A DNA stretch of 32,000 nucleotides from Halomicrobium mukohataei DSM 12286 (GTDB lineage: Archaea; Halobacteriota; Halobacteria; Halobacteriales; Haloarculaceae): NCBI RefSeq assembly GCF_000023965.1, contig NC_013202.1:2190001-2222000 (forward strand), in the 5' to 3' direction. This document shows, piece after piece, positions 29,883 to 32,000 of the stretch (positions are counted from its first letter, which is position 1; the number at the start of each line of letters is the position of its first letter). The position numbers and the translations under genes are program-made. A model generated the notes under the pieces. It searched no databases. It saw only the letters and a list, made by a program, of their open reading frames with translations, and was not told where the DNA came from.

Positions 29883-30512
29883 TCACGCGATGTCTCGGGA
29901 CGTGTCGATGCTGACCTGTTCGACCAGATCGAGCTTGATCACGTCCGAGGGGGCGCGGCCGCCGCGGAACTTCGGAATCGCCAGCCTGTTCTCGACTTCG
30001 TCGCCGGAGACGGTGGTGTCGAGCTGGAAGACGACGTCCGCGAAGTGCTCGGTCGTGTCTCGCAACGACGCGACCTCGCGGCCGTCCAGACAGTGGAGGA
30101 TGGCGATGCTGCCCGTGTTGACGATGTGTGTCTGCAGGTCGTTCATGAAGGCACGGAACCGGGAGTGTGGTTCCTGGGCCTCCAGCACGTCGAGCGGGTC
30201 GACGATCAGGTTCGACGTCTCCGGGAGCGCACTGACCAGTTTGCCGGCGTTGTCCAGCGGCGCTTCGCCCGAGATGTGTCGCACCGTCGGGTCGCCGGTC
30301 TCTGCCGGGGTCTGCTCGATGCTCGCCTGCACCGCGGTGGCCGTTCGATCCAGTGAGAGCCAGAGCGTCCCCCGCGTCGCGGTCAACTCGTACAGAAACA
30401 GCTCTGCCTGGCTCGCTGGATCCGCCGTCAGGGCCACGATGCTCCCCTCCGGGATTCCCCCATCCAGTTTGCGGTCGAGAACGTCGATCCCCGTCCGCAG
30501 ACGATTCACCAT
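29883..30512 (-). CDS. KaiC/RecA-superfamily protein with a degenerate Walker A (probable pseudo-ATPase)
   Basis: TGIDVLDRKLDGGIPEGSIVAL is the canonical KaiC/RadA lead-in. However, the P-loop position reads TADPASQAE instead of GxxGxGK[ST]. A Walker B-like NLIVDPLD is retained. 209 aa. Confidence 0.75.
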   Translation of the reverse strand: MVNRLRTGIDVLDRKLDGGIPEGSIVALTADPASQAELFLYELTATRGTLWLSLDRTATAVQASIEQTPAETGDPTVRHISGEAPLDNAGKLVSALPETSNLIVDPLDVLEAQEPHSRFRAFMNDLQTHIVNTGSIAILHCLDGREVASLRDTTEHFADVVFQLDTTVSGDEVENRLAIPKFRGGRAPSDVIKLDLVEQVSIDTSRDIA

Positions 30513-30540
30513 GCCACTGTGAGATACGTCCCGACACGGA

Positions 30541-31167
30541 TTAAATATTCCGTTCGACCACCTCGTCGACGACGCGGTCGTACCGCGCCGCCACGGTCCC
30601 GTCGGTCAGCGGCGCTGTCACGTCCGGAACGTGGGCCAGCGTCTGGCAGCCCAGCAGCGGTTCCGGCTCTATTTGTCCCGCGCTCCTGGTCACCACCGCA
30701 CCGAGGACGCGAGTCCCCAGCGTGCGAGCCATGGCCGCGGTCTTCGCTGCGTCTTCGAGACTCTCCGGCGTGGCCGTCGAGACGACGACGACCGCGTCGG
30801 CCGCGCGCAACGCGGTCGCCACGACCGGCGACGCGCCGGCCGGCGTATCGACGACGACCGGCCGCGGCGTCGCGGCCAACTGCTCTAGGGTCGCTTCGAG
30901 TGCCCCGACGCCGCCACGACCCGCCGGCAGCACCTCGACGCCGGGCAACTCCACGGCCGAGTGCGTGACTTCGTCGAGGGACGCTCCGTCCTCGTAGGCA
31001 CCGATGCCCGGCCGTGGGCACGTTCCGGCGACGAGGTGCAGGTCCGGCATGTCACAGTCGCCGTCGACGGCGATCGGAGGAGGCCCCTCGCCCGCCAGTC
31101 CGCGAGCGAGACACGCCGTCGTCGTGGTCTTTCCCGACCCGCCCTTCCCGCCTGCGATCGCGAGCAT
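30541..31167 (-). CDS. MinD/ParA/CooC-type P-loop ATPase (short form, 208 aa)
   Basis: Deviant Walker A with signature lysine ([12 protein letters not shown]), switch regions ([17 protein letters not shown]). ATG 31167 was chosen over the track's basic 44-aa extension, which would run into the pyrB promoter. Confidence 0.8.
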   Translation of the reverse strand: MLAIAGGKGGSGKTTTTACLARGLAGEGPPPIAVDGDCDMPDLHLVAGTCPRPGIGAYEDGASLDEVTHSAVELPGVEVLPAGRGGVGALEATLEQLAATPRPVVVDTPAGASPVVATALRAADAVVVVSTATPESLEDAAKTAAMARTLGTRVLGAVVTRSAGQIEPEPLLGCQTLAHVPDVTAPLTDGTVAARYDRVVDEVVERNI

Positions 31168-31249
31168 GGCGGGGCCTGTCTCGTCATCCGTCTTGAACGC
31201 TCGGGACGGTTCGGGAGATTCAAGGCCGTCGCGGCCACGGTACCTATCG

Positions 31250-32000
31250 ATGCGCCAGGACCACATCATCAGCGCCAAACAGCTCTCCCGCCGGGACATC
31301 GAGGCGGTGCTGGACCGCGCTGCCGAGATCGCGGCGGATCCGTCGGCCTACGCGGACCGACACGAGGGGTCCCTGCTCGGCCTCCTCTTTTTCGAACCCA
31401 GTACCCGGACGAAGATGAGTTTCAGTGCCGCAATGAAACGCCTCGGCGGCGACATCGTCGACATGGGCACGGTCGAGTCCTCCAGCGTCAAGAAAGGCGA
31501 GTCGCTGGCAGACACCGTCCGCGTCGTCGAGGGCTACGCCGACGCGCTCGTCTTGCGCCACCCGAGCGAGGGCGCGGCCCAGATGGCCAGCGAGTTCGTC
31601 GACGCGCCGCTGATCAACGCGGGCGACGGTGCGGGCCAGCACCCGACACAGACGCTCCTGGATCTGTACACGATCCGCGAGAACGCCGGCTTCGACGACC
31701 TCTCGATCGGGATCATGGGCGACCTGAAGTACGGCCGCACCGTCCACTCGCTGGCACACGCCCTGACGGTCTTCGACGCTCGCCAGCACTTCGTCAGCCC
31801 CGAGAGCCTCCAACTGCCCCGCTCGGTGCGGTACGACCTCCACGAATCCGGCGCGGAGGTCCGCGAGCACACCGACCTCGACGACGTGCTGTCGGAACTG
31901 GACGTTCTCTACGTCACCCGGATCCAGAAAGAGCGGTTCCCCGACGAGAGCGAGTACCACGAGGTCGCCGGGGAGTACCAGATCGACGCGGCGACGATCC
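31250..32000 (+). CDS. pyrB: aspartate carbamoyltransferase catalytic subunit (5' part; continues beyond the window)
   Basis: My own translation from ATG 31250: [24 protein letters not shown]...[12 protein letters not shown]...LRHP...[18 protein letters not shown]...L.I...[12 protein letters not shown]. These are the canonical STRT, HPTQ and carbamoyl-phosphate/aspartate binding motifs. It is absent from the track because no stop lies within the window. Confidence 0.9.
   Translation, partial: MRQDHIISAKQLSRRDIEAVLDRAAEIAADPSAYADRHEGSLLGLLFFEPSTRTKMSFSAAMKRLGGDIVDMGTVESSSVKKGESLADTVRVVEGYADALVLRHPSEGAAQMASEFVDAPLINAGDGAGQHPTQTLLDLYTIRENAGFDDLSIGIMGDLKYGRTVHSLAHALTVFDARQHFVSPESLQLPRSVRYDLHESGAEVREHTDLDDVLSELDVLYVTRIQKERFPDESEYHEVAGEYQIDAATI

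Overview
GC-rich DNA encoding an Asp/Glu-rich proteome, with Tat/lipobox signals and TATA boxes about 27 nt upstream of start codons. This fits a chromosomal segment of a haloarchaeon (class Halobacteria). I call 33 protein-coding genes, two of them cut by the window edges. I found no rRNA, tRNA, CRISPR array or IS element. Gene content, left to right: (1) sugar oxidation genes (Gfo/Idh/MocA oxidoreductase, glucose dehydrogenase, TrmB regulator); (2) glycosylation genes (GT2, a GT-C-like membrane protein, an RGP/GT75 homologue) interleaved with an Fe(III)-type ABC importer; (3) fabG-pccB-pccX plus a thiolase/DUF35 pair; (4) a poorly characterised patch (HTH-like protein, acidic coiled-coil protein, a 52-aa ORF missing from the ORF track, Dps, a small hypothetical); (5) ADP-forming acetyl-CoA synthetase start/stop-overlapped with a Pta-N-terminal/DRTGG protein that lacks the catalytic domain; (6) a biotin operon bioB-X-bioF-bioD with no bioA, where X is a Rossmann-fold protein in the BioA slot (BioU-like); (7) thiC; (8) a MinD/ParA, degenerate KaiC and unknown-protein trio; (9) the 5' part of pyrB. 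Non-coding signals worth follow-up: a 16-bp palindrome TTTAGG-N4-CCTAAA seen only in promoter regions (Fe ABC operon, dps, two glycosyltransferase genes, a divergent promoter); a family of long imperfect palindromes at two convergent gene junctions, with a conserved asymmetric internal loop and stem covariation; a 55-bp tandem duplication at the 3' end of the DUF35 gene; and operator-like palindromes at the thiC, bioB and HTH-like gene promoters. The many long ORFs antisense to, or out of frame with, recognisable genes are high-GC artefacts. All functional calls rest on recalled family motifs, because no database search was possible.
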